Source: an uncultured delta proteobacterium (GTDB lineage: Bacteria > Myxococcota_A > Polyangia > Polyangiales > Polyangiaceae). Taken from it: 64,000 bases of DNA. Location of the stretch: NCBI GenBank assembly GCA_963716725.1, contig CAVQUB010000013.1, positions 408,426 to 472,425 of the forward strand. Reading direction: 5' to 3'. Positions 29,782 to 40,252 of this stretch are shown one piece after another. The position numbers and the translations under genes are program-made. How positions within the stretch are numbered: position 1 is the stretch's first letter; every line of letters begins with the position of its first letter. The notes beneath the pieces were generated by a model. That model was not told the DNA's origin and made no database searches. It saw only the letters and a list, made by a program, of their open reading frames with translations.

Positions 29782-30894
29782 GTGCTCTGGGCGATGATGA
29801 GCGCCCGCGTGGACTTCGTGGAACCTCAACCGGGATTGGTCGTCGGCGACCGCTACCGTCTCGACGTGCTGATCGGCGAGGGCGCGTTCGGCCGGGTGTA
29901 CCGCGCCACGGACTTGAAGGACGGCGCCGGTGTCGCGCTGAAGCTGCTCGCGGCAGAGAGCGTCGATGCCGCCGGCCTCGATCGATTCCGACGCGAGGCC
30001 GAGTTGGCAACGCGCCTCCGTCATCCGAATACCATCCGCCTGATCGGCTTCAACCTCCGCTCCAAGCCCCTGCCATTCATCGTCTACGAGCTGCTCGAAG
30101 GCGAGTCCCTCAAGCAGCTGATGAGCCGCGAGGGGCCGCTCTCGGAGATGCGCGCGGCGACCATCGGCATGCAGGTGCTGCGCAGCTTGATGGAAGCCCA
30201 CGAGGTCGGGATCGTTCATCGGGATATCAAGCCAGGCAACGTGTTCGTCTGCAGCGACGACGCCCGGCTCGGCTCGGTCAAGGTGCTCGACTTCGGCATC
30301 GCGAAGAGCGTCGACGGCCTGGAGGCACAGGTCACCGCCGCCGGCATCCTGGTGGGAACTCCGCGCTACATGCCGCCGGAGCAAATCCGAGGCGAGACCC
30401 CCATTCCCGCGATGGACCTCTACGCTACCGGGACGATGCTTGCTGAAATGCTCAGCGGCGAGCCAACGCTCACCTGCTCGGTGGCTGAGGCCTGCCTCGC
30501 TCAGTTGGCTCCCAGACGCATTCCCCTGCCGAGCTTCCTCCAGAGCTCGGGCCTGTGGCCGATCATCTGGCGCGCGACGGACAAAGTGCTCGCCACTCGC
30601 TACGGCACTGCCAATGAGATGCTCGGCGAACTCGAGCGCGTCTACGCCACGCTCTCGACCGCGCCGCTGGTCGAGCGCGGGCCCACCGCAGACGGTTCAC
30701 GAAGCTCCGTGGTGCCCACCGCGATCATGCAAACGCCGGATCCCATCCCGGCGCCGCAGACGCCACCGTCGGCGGCGGTCGAGCCAGAGCCCCGGAGCGC
30801 GCGCTGGCTCGTGGCCACCGCCACCCTGCTGCTCGTCGCCATCGCGCTGACGGCCTATGGTCTGTACTGGGCTCGGACGCAGGGCGCGCTCTGA
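29782..30894 (+). CDS. Membrane-anchored Ser/Thr protein kinase
   Basis: GEGAFG, HRDIKPGN, DFG, GTPRYMPPE; C-terminal TM helix. Start may be 29794. Confidence 0.92.
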   Translation: MLWAMMSARVDFVEPQPGLVVGDRYRLDVLIGEGAFGRVYRATDLKDGAGVALKLLAAESVDAAGLDRFRREAELATRLRHPNTIRLIGFNLRSKPLPFIVYELLEGESLKQLMSREGPLSEMRAATIGMQVLRSLMEAHEVGIVHRDIKPGNVFVCSDDARLGSVKVLDFGIAKSVDGLEAQVTAAGILVGTPRYMPPEQIRGETPIPAMDLYATGTMLAEMLSGEPTLTCSVAEACLAQLAPRRIPLPSFLQSSGLWPIIWRATDKVLATRYGTANEMLGELERVYATLSTAPLVERGPTADGSRSSVVPTAIMQTPDPIPAPQTPPSAAVEPEPRSARWLVATATLLLVAIALTAYGLYWARTQGAL

Positions 30895-30921
30895 GATCTC
30901 GAACGCACGAGCACTCGCGCG

Positions 30922-31236
30922 CTACTGAACAACGATCGGCGGTGTTGCAGCGGCGTCGTTGGCGCCGGCGTCCGGGGACTCGCGTTGCGCGCCGCCGTCC
31001 GGGCGAGACGCGCCGCCCCAGAGGCCGCCGTGGTCCGCGTCGGGCGCGAAATCGACCGGCGGCCCGGGATCTGTTGGGGTGCCCTTGGAGGTCTCGAGGT
31101 CATCGCTCGCCCCGGTCGCGCCCGCACTTCCGCCCGCACCCTGCGGCTCGTCGGAACCGGGGACTTCCGGCTGCGGATTCAGATCGCAGCCAACGAGCAG
31201 AAAAAACGGGAAAAAGACGAGGACGAGCCAGCGCAT
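30922..31236 (-). CDS. Small low-complexity lipoprotein with LNPQPEVP motif
   Basis: MRWLVLVFFPFFLLVGC-DLNPQPEVPG signal and lipobox. Confidence 0.7.
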   Translation of the reverse strand: MRWLVLVFFPFFLLVGCDLNPQPEVPGSDEPQGAGGSAGATGASDDLETSKGTPTDPGPPVDFAPDADHGGLWGGASRPDGGAQRESPDAGANDAAATPPIVVQ

Positions 31237-31410
31237 GGCCACCCCTGGGCAACGAGCGGAACGAGCCGCCCCGGCAGTGGGCCACGGAACGGACCAGTGC
31301 GCAACCGAGCCGCGTTCGGCTGCCGCGACGCCCCGCTTCCCGGCACGGGCCAGGTCGGGTACCTCCAATGAACCTCCGCCCGATCTCGATGGGTGCGGAT
31401 TCGGCTCCGA

Positions 31411-33177
31411 ATGAAACAAGTCGACTTTTACGGCTTGCCCCGGCCAGTGCAGGACCGGGTGCTCGACTCGCTCGGCGGGCGGTTCGAGCCACGCCCCATG
31501 CTGCATCGGCTCGGCGCGGCTGCTCGAGCTCCCCGCTGGCTCGCCGTCGCGGGCACCGGCGCCATCGGCGCCTGCGTGGTCGCTTTCGCCGGTTTGGGCA
31601 AGGTCGAGAGTCCGCTGGCGCTGCACTCCATTCCGGTCGTCGCGATCTACGCCGCACTGATGGCCACCGTCGGCATCGGGCTGCTGTCGGCGCTGGAGCA
31701 CAAATCCCGCATCGGCGCCTTGCCATTCAGACCTGGCATCTACCTGTTCGGCTCGGCACTGATCGACGCGCGCGCCAGCCGCCTGAAAGTGTACCCACTC
31801 GATAGTCTGGCGCGACTCGCGAAGGGTCCAGGGTCGATGGTCACGCTGGTGTTCGGCTCTGCACACTTCTCCCTGCCGCTTGCCGACCCTGCCCGCGCTG
31901 ACGAGGCCGTGCAGTTGATCGAGGGCGCCAAGAACCGCCTCGCCATCCTCGATGAGAGGGGCCGCTTCGAAATCGATCCGCTCGAGCCCGCGGCGGTCGC
32001 GAGCCCCCTCGCTCCGACGGCCCCGCTCACGCGCCGGGCTCCGCTTTGGGAGCAGCAGCGATGGACGCTCGGCATCCTGGTCGGATGCCTGCTGGGCGCG
32101 GTGATCTTCTGGCTACGAAACACCGCCAGCGACAACCGCATGCTGGCCTCCGCGCAGCGAAAAGACGACGTGGCCGCGTATCGCGGCTACTTGGCCCGCG
32201 GCAAGCGCCACCGGGAGATCGTCTCGAGCGTGCTGTTGCCGAGGGCGGTGCTGCGCGGCGCCATCGAAACAGGATCCGTCGCGGCTATCGACGCCTTCAC
32301 GCGGGACTTTCCCGAGACGGGGATCAAGCCCGAGGTGGAGGCCGCGCGCCGCAATGCCATGGTGGCCGAGTTCGAGCGCGCGCGCGCGAAAGGCACCCTG
32401 GCTGCGCTCTTGGACTTCGGGCAGGAGCACCCGGATCACGGCCTGGAGACCCCGTTCAACGAAGCACGCAGCGCACTCTTCGCGCACGCCAAGGCCCGCT
32501 ACCGAAGAGAGATGGCGGAAGGAGCCGAGGATCACGCCGCCCTCGTTGACCGCTTGATCAGCTACGCCGAAAAGGCGGGAGCCAAGCGGACCGACGCCGG
32601 CCATCGCGGGCCAGCGGTCGAGATTCGGTTTCAGCGCCTCGCTTCCAAGACCCTCGGGCGCGCCGACGCCGCCATCCGTAAGAATCCGATGTTCAACGGC
32701 GCGGCGAGCTATCCCGCCCAGTACTTCGAGCCAAAGCGCCTCGAGCCGAACGAGGCCGCCGTGGCCAACGCCCTCAAAGAGCGTTTCGTGAAGGTGTTCG
32801 AGCCGGAGATCCTGACCTTCGTCGTCGGGGCCCCGGTCGAGGGCGAGTCGGAAGAGCCCCCGGAGCCGACCGTGCCAACGCTGTTCATCAGCCACCGACT
32901 CGAATGGTCCGGCGGCGCAGTGGCCCGCGACAAGCCCCGAGGTGTGTTCATCGGCATCTTGTTGTTCTTCAAGACAGCCTTCGTCATCCCGGGTGACACC
33001 GCGCCGCTCAAGAGCAAGTACACGGCGGGCGAAAACGTCTCGCACGACTTGATCGCCAAGAATGCCGACAAGCCTTCGGCAGGGGCCCTCGAATCAGCAG
33101 TCTACGAGAGCTTGCTGAACGACGGCTTCGCCCAGTTCCGCAGCCGCTACCTGGCCAAGTGGTTCGCCAAGCCCTGA
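31411..33177 (+). CDS. Hypothetical membrane protein
   Basis: Three TM segments and a helical repeat periplasmic part. Confidence 0.75.
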   Translation: MKQVDFYGLPRPVQDRVLDSLGGRFEPRPMLHRLGAAARAPRWLAVAGTGAIGACVVAFAGLGKVESPLALHSIPVVAIYAALMATVGIGLLSALEHKSRIGALPFRPGIYLFGSALIDARASRLKVYPLDSLARLAKGPGSMVTLVFGSAHFSLPLADPARADEAVQLIEGAKNRLAILDERGRFEIDPLEPAAVASPLAPTAPLTRRAPLWEQQRWTLGILVGCLLGAVIFWLRNTASDNRMLASAQRKDDVAAYRGYLARGKRHREIVSSVLLPRAVLRGAIETGSVAAIDAFTRDFPETGIKPEVEAARRNAMVAEFERARAKGTLAALLDFGQEHPDHGLETPFNEARSALFAHAKARYRREMAEGAEDHAALVDRLISYAEKAGAKRTDAGHRGPAVEIRFQRLASKTLGRADAAIRKNPMFNGAASYPAQYFEPKRLEPNEAAVANALKERFVKVFEPEILTFVVGAPVEGESEEPPEPTVPTLFISHRLEWSGGAVARDKPRGVFIGILLFFKTAFVIPGDTAPLKSKYTAGENVSHDLIAKNADKPSAGALESAVYESLLNDGFAQFRSRYLAKWFAKP

Positions 33178-33181
33178 AGGC

Positions 33182-34003
33182 ATGCACCCCATGTGGCGAG
33201 TCGAATATGTGAACCGCGGCGGGCACCGTATCGCGTTCTCGATCCATGGCGACCCATCGGCTCCCCCTCTGCTCATGATCCGCGGCCTGGGTCGTACCAG
33301 CCGACACTGGGGCCGCATCGTGCACGAGCTCGAGCGGAGCTTTCGGCTGGTGCTGATCGACAACCGTGGCGTCGGTAAGAGCACTGTGCCCGTGCTGCCC
33401 TTCACGACTCGTGACATGGCGGACGACGCCGCCGCGGTCCTCGACTGGCTCGAGATCGAGACGGCCGACGCCATGGGCATCTCGTTGGGCGGTATGATCG
33501 CCCAGGAGCTGGCGCTTCGACACGGGCCGCGCCTGCGTCGGTTGATCCTCGGGTGCACCAGCGCAGGTCGACGCACCGGCAAATCGATTCGGCTCGCCAC
33601 CGTGCTGCAGCTGATCGGCCCCATGCGCCTGCCGCCGGAGCGCGCGATCCGGGAGACCGCCCGCCTGATCTTGTCGCAGGACTTCCTCGAACGCGAACCC
33701 GAGGTCGTGGACGAGTGGGTCCAAATCGCTCGCGAGCTCCCGCCGAGCCGTCGCGGTGTCTTCTACCAGCTGCTCGCCGCCGCTCGCCACGAGACCGGGT
33801 CGCGCCTGGGGGAGATTCGTACACCCACCTTGGTCGTGACCGGCGACACCGACAAATTGATCGACGCAGAAAATTCCGCCCGCTTGGCCCGCTCGATCCC
33901 GGGAGCGCGCCTCGAGCTCCTGCGGGGAGCCGGGCACGATTTCCCAACCGAGCAGCCCGAGGCCACGGCTGCGCTGATCCGCGAGTTCTGTCTGGGGGAG
34001 TGA
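33182..34003 (+). CDS. Alpha/beta fold hydrolase
   Basis: DNRGVGKS, GISLGG, GDTD, GAGH. Confidence 0.9.
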   Translation: MHPMWRVEYVNRGGHRIAFSIHGDPSAPPLLMIRGLGRTSRHWGRIVHELERSFRLVLIDNRGVGKSTVPVLPFTTRDMADDAAAVLDWLEIETADAMGISLGGMIAQELALRHGPRLRRLILGCTSAGRRTGKSIRLATVLQLIGPMRLPPERAIRETARLILSQDFLEREPEVVDEWVQIARELPPSRRGVFYQLLAAARHETGSRLGEIRTPTLVVTGDTDKLIDAENSARLARSIPGARLELLRGAGHDFPTEQPEATAALIREFCLGE

Positions 34004-34027
34004 GCGAAGGCCAGGTAGAGTCCGCGC

Positions 34028-34534
34028 ATGGCACCAACCACTGTCGTCATCGACACGAGCCTGGGCAGCTTCACCATCGCCCTCGACTCCGAGCGCGCGC
34101 CCAAGAGCGTCGCCAACTTCTTGAGCTACGTCGACTCGGGGCATTTCACCGGCACCATTTTCCACCGCGTGATCGACGGCTTCATGACGCAGGGCGGCGG
34201 CTACACCGAGAGCTACGATCGCAAGCCCACTTCGGCGCCCGTGGAGAACGAGGCCGACAACGGGCTCAAGAACCTGCGCGGCACCGTGGCCATGGCACGC
34301 ACCAGCGATCCCCACTCGGCGACCGCGCAGTTCTTCGTCAACGTGAAGGACAACGCCTCCCTGGATCACAAGGGCAAGAACGACTCGGGTTGGGGGTATA
34401 CGGTCTTCGGCCAGGTCACCGTCGGCATGGACATCGTCGACCGAATCAAATCGGTCAAGACCGGCGCCGCGGGTCCGTTCACGAAGGACGCGCCCATCGA
34501 GCCCATCGTGATCACCGGCGCTCGGCGCGGCTGA
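34028..34534 (+). CDS. Cyclophilin-type peptidyl-prolyl isomerase
   Basis: FHRVIDGFMTQGGG, AMARTSDPHSATAQFFVN, YTVFG. Confidence 0.95.
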   Translation: MAPTTVVIDTSLGSFTIALDSERAPKSVANFLSYVDSGHFTGTIFHRVIDGFMTQGGGYTESYDRKPTSAPVENEADNGLKNLRGTVAMARTSDPHSATAQFFVNVKDNASLDHKGKNDSGWGYTVFGQVTVGMDIVDRIKSVKTGAAGPFTKDAPIEPIVITGARRG

Positions 34535-34540
34535 TCGGGC

Positions 34541-35008
34541 TCAGACTCCGAGCTCGAAGCCCTGATGCGCCAGCGCGGCGCGAGCGCGATCCGTCCGCTG
34601 ACAGGCAGCAATCGACAGCGCCGCCAAGAGCGCGCCCACGATGGCGGCGAGGCCGACCATCACCGACAAGAGCGAGAAGTACCCCCAGCTCAGCGCCAAC
34701 AGCGTGAACGCGGCGGTGAGCAGCGCCGTCAGCGCCGCCAGCACGAAGCCAGCGATGGCCGCCCAGCCGCGCGCCCGAGACAGCTTCCAGCCCACCGCGG
34801 CGCTGGCGAGCCCCACCGGTACGAGCAGCGCCGGCAAAAGCCAGTGCCAGGAGAGAAAGCGAAGGTTTGTCAGCGACTGGACACCATACAAGACCGTGAA
34901 GACGCCGAGCATGAGCACGATCCGGCCCGCGACGACCGCAACCAGCGGGGGCGCCGCCGCGGAAATCTCGGCGTCTGCCTGGGCAGTATCGGTGGGCGTA
35001 GCGTGCAC
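34541..35008 (-). CDS. Small four-TM membrane protein
   Basis: Hydrophobic helices. Confidence 0.7.
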   Translation of the reverse strand: MHATPTDTAQADAEISAAAPPLVAVVAGRIVLMLGVFTVLYGVQSLTNLRFLSWHWLLPALLVPVGLASAAVGWKLSRARGWAAIAGFVLAALTALLTAAFTLLALSWGYFSLLSVMVGLAAIVGALLAALSIAACQRTDRARAALAHQGFELGV

Positions 35009-35088
35009 GGCTTGAATGACAGTCGCTGACGAACCCGTCGGGTCCTGCTACGCAAGTGGAGTGCCCCGTCTTCCCTCGGAAGCCCACC

Positions 35089-35952
35089 ATGTCACACGCC
35101 GAAATCGCCCCGACCGCCCACTACACCGCCTACGCCTGGCACCGCTTGGGCTTCCCGCACGCCGAGTACTTCGCCACCGCGACCGGACGGCGGCTGTTCT
35201 GGTCATTCCGCGCCGCGGGTGAGTGGCTGGCAGTGGTGCACCCGACCGTACCGTCGATGCTGCAATATCTAGAACTGCGGCACCGCTGCATCGAGCTGGC
35301 CCTCGACGAGGCAGCTCCAGACCGCATCGTCGAGATCGGTGCGGGTCTCTCCCGGCGCGGTCTGACTTGGGCCGCTGACCGTGGCGTGGACTACATCGAG
35401 GTCGATCTGCCGCACATGGTGGAGGCCAAGCGCGAGATCATCCGGACGCGAGTCCCCGAGGCCCTGCGTGCGCGCGCCGGTGACCGATTGAAACACGAGG
35501 CAGTCGATGTCACCGCTCCCGGCTTCGAAGACTGGCTCGAGCGTGCGCTAGAGGGCGCACAGCGTCCCGTCGTGATCACCGAGGGTGTGCTGGGGTACTT
35601 CGAGCTCGGTGATCGAGAACGCTTCGCTCGGGCCGTCGCCCAGGCTCTGGGTGGGCGCGGCAGCTTCGTCTGCGATTTGCGCTCGCGGGAGGGCGGGCGA
35701 TCCGTCGCTGCGGCAGCCAGGCTGCTGCGCGCGGGGATCTGGCTGGTGACCCGTGGGCGTGGCGCCCGGGAAGACTTCCCGAGTCGAGAGGCCATCACGC
35801 GCTACTTCGAGCGCGCCGGCTTCGAGCGCTCCGATCCGGTGTCGGTGGAGCGCGCGGCGGCGCACCTCGAGGGCCTGCGCACGCCCGCGCGGGTGTGGCA
35901 AGCCAGCGGCGCAGTCAGGCCTTCGCCGGCTCCTGATCGCTCCGCTTCATGA
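35089..35952 (+). CDS. Class I SAM-dependent methyltransferase (LCM/O-methyltransferase-like)
   Basis: IAPTAHYTA, VEIGAGLSRR, EVDLP, ITEGVLGYF. Confidence 0.85.
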   Translation: MSHAEIAPTAHYTAYAWHRLGFPHAEYFATATGRRLFWSFRAAGEWLAVVHPTVPSMLQYLELRHRCIELALDEAAPDRIVEIGAGLSRRGLTWAADRGVDYIEVDLPHMVEAKREIIRTRVPEALRARAGDRLKHEAVDVTAPGFEDWLERALEGAQRPVVITEGVLGYFELGDRERFARAVAQALGGRGSFVCDLRSREGGRSVAAAARLLRAGIWLVTRGRGAREDFPSREAITRYFERAGFERSDPVSVERAAAHLEGLRTPARVWQASGAVRPSPAPDRSAS

Positions 35953-36601
35953 TCCGGTTCGAGATCATCACGTAGGCGACGAAGCCGACCAGCAGCACCG
36001 GAATGATGTAGAGCAGGTCGCCCTTGACCATGGCCTTGCCGCGGTGCACGAGCTCCGCATAGCTCAGCGAAGCGGTCGTGACACCGAGGTAGTAGCCAAT
36101 GGCGGCCAAGATCGCGACCCAGATGCCAGCGCCAAGCCCCGTCCAGAGCGCGAAGCTCCGGATGGGCATGCGGGAGAGCCCGGCGGGGATGGAGATGAGC
36201 TGACGAATCGCCGGCAGCAGCCGGCACACGAAGGTGGCGCCCGGCCCGTAGCGGCGGAAGATCTCCTCGGCGCGGTCCAGCTTCGGTTTCGGAAGGAAGA
36301 AGTACTTCCCGTACTTCTCCAAGAACGGCGTGCCGAGCCAGGAGAACAGGTAGTAGTTGATGAACGCGCCGGCGAGCGAGCCGCCGGTGCCCGCGATCAC
36401 CGCCACCGCGACGTCGACCATGGGCGAGCCAAAGCTCATCTCGCCGCGCGCCGCCAGGAAGCCGGCCGGAATCATCACCACTTCGCTCGGGAAAGGGATG
36501 AAGGAGCTCTCCACGGTCATGAAGAAGAAGACCAGAAAGAACCCCCACACCGGAGCGTGGGTAGCGGCGGTCTGGATGTATTGAATCAAAATCTCGGTCA
36601 C
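35915..36601 (-). CDS. DedA family membrane protein
   Basis: MTVESSFIPFPSEVVMIPAG, RLLPAIRQLISIPAG. Confidence 0.92.
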   Translation of the reverse strand: MTEILIQYIQTAATHAPVWGFFLVFFFMTVESSFIPFPSEVVMIPAGFLAARGEMSFGSPMVDVAVAVIAGTGGSLAGAFINYYLFSWLGTPFLEKYGKYFFLPKPKLDRAEEIFRRYGPGATFVCRLLPAIRQLISIPAGLSRMPIRSFALWTGLGAGIWVAILAAIGYYLGVTTASLSYAELVHRGKAMVKGDLLYIIPVLLVGFVAYVMISNRIMKRSDQEPAKA

Positions 36602-36863
36602 GGGCTCACTCCAAGGCGCTGGCAAGTAGCGCAAAGGCCGCCCGGAGTCGAAGGCTGAAGCCTCAGCTCGCAAAGCCCAGGGAAATCAGCTCTCTTTCGA
36701 AGCTCGACCTTCGAGCTCGTCGAGCGCGGCGTCGATCTCCGAATCGTCCTCGAGGGTCGCAAGCAGCAGGTGTCGGGCCTCGGCCTCCGCGGCCACTTCC
36801 GCCGCCACGCGACGGGAGCCAGCGGAAGGTGCCTCGCCCGCCGGGGCGGCGTAAGCTGCCGCC

Positions 36864-39014
36864 GTGGCGACCGTGGTCTTCGTGCTCGCCTTCGGTGAGC
36901 CCGAGGAGGCGTACTTCGCGGACACTCTGCTGACGCTGCTCGCCGCCGACGCCCGCCGCGCGGGGCATCGCGTCCACGTCGTGCGGGTCTACTACCACGG
37001 CCGCGATGCCGGGAAGGATGCAGAGATCCGACGCCAACTCGCCGACTATCTGTCGGACCGCGATCCGGATCTGATCGTGGTCGAGCGACTCTTCGATCCC
37101 GCGCCCGTGGTCGAAGGCGGACGCGCCGTCCTGCAGATCACTCGCGGCGATCCCGTCGAGCCCGAAGCAGGCGTCGACTACGTGCTCGGCGCGGTGACCG
37201 ATCCGGTGCCCGGTCGCCCGGCAAGGCGCGCGCCTTCGGTAGGCGGACTGCGGGCCGCCTTTCACGAGGTGATCGCTGCGCTGGAGAAGGGCGCCGATCT
37301 GAGCCAGGTGGCCGGGGTTGGGAGGGTGGAGGCGGGACAAATCCGGATCGCGGCCCCCCTGCCCACGGCGTCGACCCCGGGCCCCTTCGATCCGCTGACG
37401 CACGCGGATGTGATCGCGCCAGGCGAGCCGCCTCGGCCGCGACACAAGGTGCTGCTCGGCAACGTCGGCTGCCCCTTCGCGGCAGATCCGATGCAAGCGC
37501 CGCACTTCAGCGGAGTCGAGCTCCCCACTGGACTGCCCATCGCGCGCCTAGGCTGCGCCTTCTGCCATTTGGGCGGTGACTACGAGAAGCGTCCCGATGC
37601 CGAGGTCGTGGCGTCGCTGTTGGAGCAGGCCGAATACTTCTCGCGGGTCTCGCCCGACATCCGCTGCTTCACCATCGACGACCAGCACTGCATTCGCTAC
37701 CTGCCCTTGCTGGTTCGCGAGGCCGCAGCGCGGGGGATCGCCGCCGTGCGCTGGTTCTTTCCGGCACGCCCCGACTCGCTGTCGCGAGAACGTACCCGGG
37801 TCGAGGATGCTGCCCGCATCGCCGCTGAAGTCGGCCACGTGATCGAGGTTCACCTCTCGGGTTTCGAAGCGTTCTGCGATCGCGAGCTCGCGCGCTACAA
37901 CAAGGGTTGCACGAAGGCAGAGCTGCTCGACGCGGTGGCCCAGATGCGCGCGCTGCAGGCCGAGTACCCCACGAGCTTCGAGTACGCGGCCGCCCGGGCC
38001 CACAGCCTGCTCCTGTGGAACCCCTGGACCTCCCCCGCGGACCTGCGCGAGAGCGTCACCACCATCCGCGATCACGACCTCGGTGAACTCTTCCACGAGA
38101 TCGGCAGGAATCGACTGCGCCTGTATCGAGAGTTGCCCATCTACTGGGCGGCGCTTCGAGACGGCGCCGTCGTTGAGCACTGGCCCGGCGAGGACACCGG
38201 CACCGCCCGGCGCAAGGGCTACAGCACCGATCTCCCGTGGCGCTTCTTGGATCCGCGCACACGGGTGGCGCACGAGCTCGCTGCCAAGCTTCGCGATCGA
38301 CTCGGGCGTGGGTCCGAGCTCGATCAGCTCGAAGCTGCGGTCGACTTCGCCGAATGCGGCCACGACAGCTGGGAGCCTGGGCTCGTGGAGCTGGAGGCGG
38401 AGCTGGCTCGCCTGCTCGCCCCCACTCGCGCGCTGGATCAGCCGGAACGCGGCGCCCAAGCCCGCGCCGCTCCGTGCGTTTTCGACCAGCGCACGCGACC
38501 GCGCGATCTCGACGCCGCGCTGAGCCAGGCTGCTCGGAATGCGCTCAGCGTCTTCGCCGTCGGCCCCTGTGTCCTCGCCCACCCCATGTTCGCCGAGTTC
38601 GCGGACCGCGCACGCGCGCAAGGCTCTCGGGTTGCGCTGCTGCTGCAGGCTGAGCACACGAGCCACGCTCGAGGAGCAGAGAGCGTGAGTGTGCGCGTCG
38701 ATTCACCCGCAGCGCTCCTCGATCCCAACCTGTTCGCGCACTGCGCCGCCATCGAAGCACGGGTGCAGCCGGTCGGGGCCCGCCTCGACGAGCTGCCGCG
38801 CTGGGCCGAGTGGGCGGTGGCCTGCCGAATTCCTCAGCTCCGGCTCGAAGTCAGTCTGCCCGCTCTCGGTCTCGCGCGGCTTGGAGACGGCGCTCGGGCG
38901 ATCGGCGCGCTCGCGGCCGCGTGCCGATCGCGGCGCGTGAAGCTCGAGGTCGCGCCGCTAGCCTCCGGCCTGCGCGACTTTCGCTTCGTGCCCACTCGCC
39001 CCGAGCGCCGCTAG
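36864..39014 (+). CDS. Atypical radical SAM protein (B12-binding-like N-terminus, split Cys motif, degenerate C-terminal domain)
   Basis: GCPF-x24-GCAFC, IDD, SGFEAF..RELARYNKG, NPWT. Confidence 0.7.
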   Translation: MATVVFVLAFGEPEEAYFADTLLTLLAADARRAGHRVHVVRVYYHGRDAGKDAEIRRQLADYLSDRDPDLIVVERLFDPAPVVEGGRAVLQITRGDPVEPEAGVDYVLGAVTDPVPGRPARRAPSVGGLRAAFHEVIAALEKGADLSQVAGVGRVEAGQIRIAAPLPTASTPGPFDPLTHADVIAPGEPPRPRHKVLLGNVGCPFAADPMQAPHFSGVELPTGLPIARLGCAFCHLGGDYEKRPDAEVVASLLEQAEYFSRVSPDIRCFTIDDQHCIRYLPLLVREAAARGIAAVRWFFPARPDSLSRERTRVEDAARIAAEVGHVIEVHLSGFEAFCDRELARYNKGCTKAELLDAVAQMRALQAEYPTSFEYAAARAHSLLLWNPWTSPADLRESVTTIRDHDLGELFHEIGRNRLRLYRELPIYWAALRDGAVVEHWPGEDTGTARRKGYSTDLPWRFLDPRTRVAHELAAKLRDRLGRGSELDQLEAAVDFAECGHDSWEPGLVELEAELARLLAPTRALDQPERGAQARAAPCVFDQRTRPRDLDAALSQAARNALSVFAVGPCVLAHPMFAEFADRARAQGSRVALLLQAEHTSHARGAESVSVRVDSPAALLDPNLFAHCAAIEARVQPVGARLDELPRWAEWAVACRIPQLRLEVSLPALGLARLGDGARAIGALAAACRSRRVKLEVAPLASGLRDFRFVPTRPERR

Positions 39015-39079
39015 TGCCGCGCGGCAGAAGTTTCGCTGGTTTCTTTTCCGTGTGCGTGTCGTCGGTGTAGTGGGGTGAC

Positions 39080-40235
39080 ATGATCGACTACAGCGCGTTC
39101 GCGGGTCGAGCGCACGGTGGTCGTCCGACGGTTCCGCTCGCGCTGAGGGCTGAAGAGCGCGCGCGGATCGAGGAGGCGTTGCGACCCGCCAGGGCGGAGC
39201 AGCGGCTGGTTCGTCGGGCGCAGGCCGTGTTGATGATGGCGGACGGAGTGCCTGCGACGGACATCGCCCGGCTCCTCGGGGTGCACGTGCGCACGGTGGA
39301 CGACTGGCGCAAGCGCTTCGACTGCGCGGCACCTAGCGAGAGACTGGCGGACGCCCCGCGCTCGGGACGGCCGCCCTCTCTCTCTCGGACACCGTAGCGG
39401 CTCGAGTAGAAGCAGAAGCGTGTCGACCGCCGAGCGACGTCGGCGTGCCCGTCACGCACTGGTCAGCGTCGTTGCTTGGCGTGCACGTTCGCGCGCAAGG
39501 AATTCAGAATCAGCGACCGGTCGGTGGGCCGCATACTCAAGGATGCTGACCTGCAACCGCATCGGCAACAAATGTACCTGACTTCGCACGACGACGAGTT
39601 CAGGGGGAAGCGCGACGACGTGCTGCGCGTCTACTACGAGACGCCAAAGAAGGAGCACATCGTGTGCGTCGACGAGAAGACCGGCATCCAGGCGCTCGAA
39701 CGCCGCTACGCTGACATTCCGATGGTGGCCGGACAGCCCGTCCGCCGCGAATTCGAGTACGTCCGCCATGGCACGCTCTGCTGGATGGGAGCGCTCGATG
39801 TCCGCCGCGGCAAGCCGTTCGGCTTCATCTCGGACGGGCACGACAGCGACACCTTCGTCGAGCTACTCGACGTCATCGAGGCGGTCTACCCGCCGGGTCG
39901 TGGCCACATCATCATGGACAATCTCTCCGCCCACGACACGCCCGACGTGAACGAGTGGTTTGACGAGCACCCACGCTGGACGCGCCACTTCACGCCGAAG
40001 CACGCGTCGTGGCTCAACCAGATCGAGTGCTGGTTCTCGATCCTCACGCGCCAACTTCTCGCACGAGGCTCGTTCACGTCAACCGACGACCTCGCGGCGA
40101 GGATTCGACGCGTACGTCACGTGGTATCTGCAGACCGACCGACCCTTTCGCTGGTCGTACCGCCCCAAGTCGTGGGCCGAACCCAGAAAAATCCCCTCAC
40201 TTTCTGCGAAGAAAGTCGCGACTGTTTCGGAGTGA
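39080..40235 (+). pseudogene. IS630 transposase with frameshifts near 39386, 39508 and 40105
   Basis: HTH (DAPRSGRP), THWS, DDE core VDEKTGIQ...EYVRHGT...IMDNLSAH...HFTPKHASWLNQIECWF, C-terminal RPFRW, spread over four frame segments. Confidence 0.88.
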
Positions 40236-40252
40236 GGCCCGACCACACGGGG

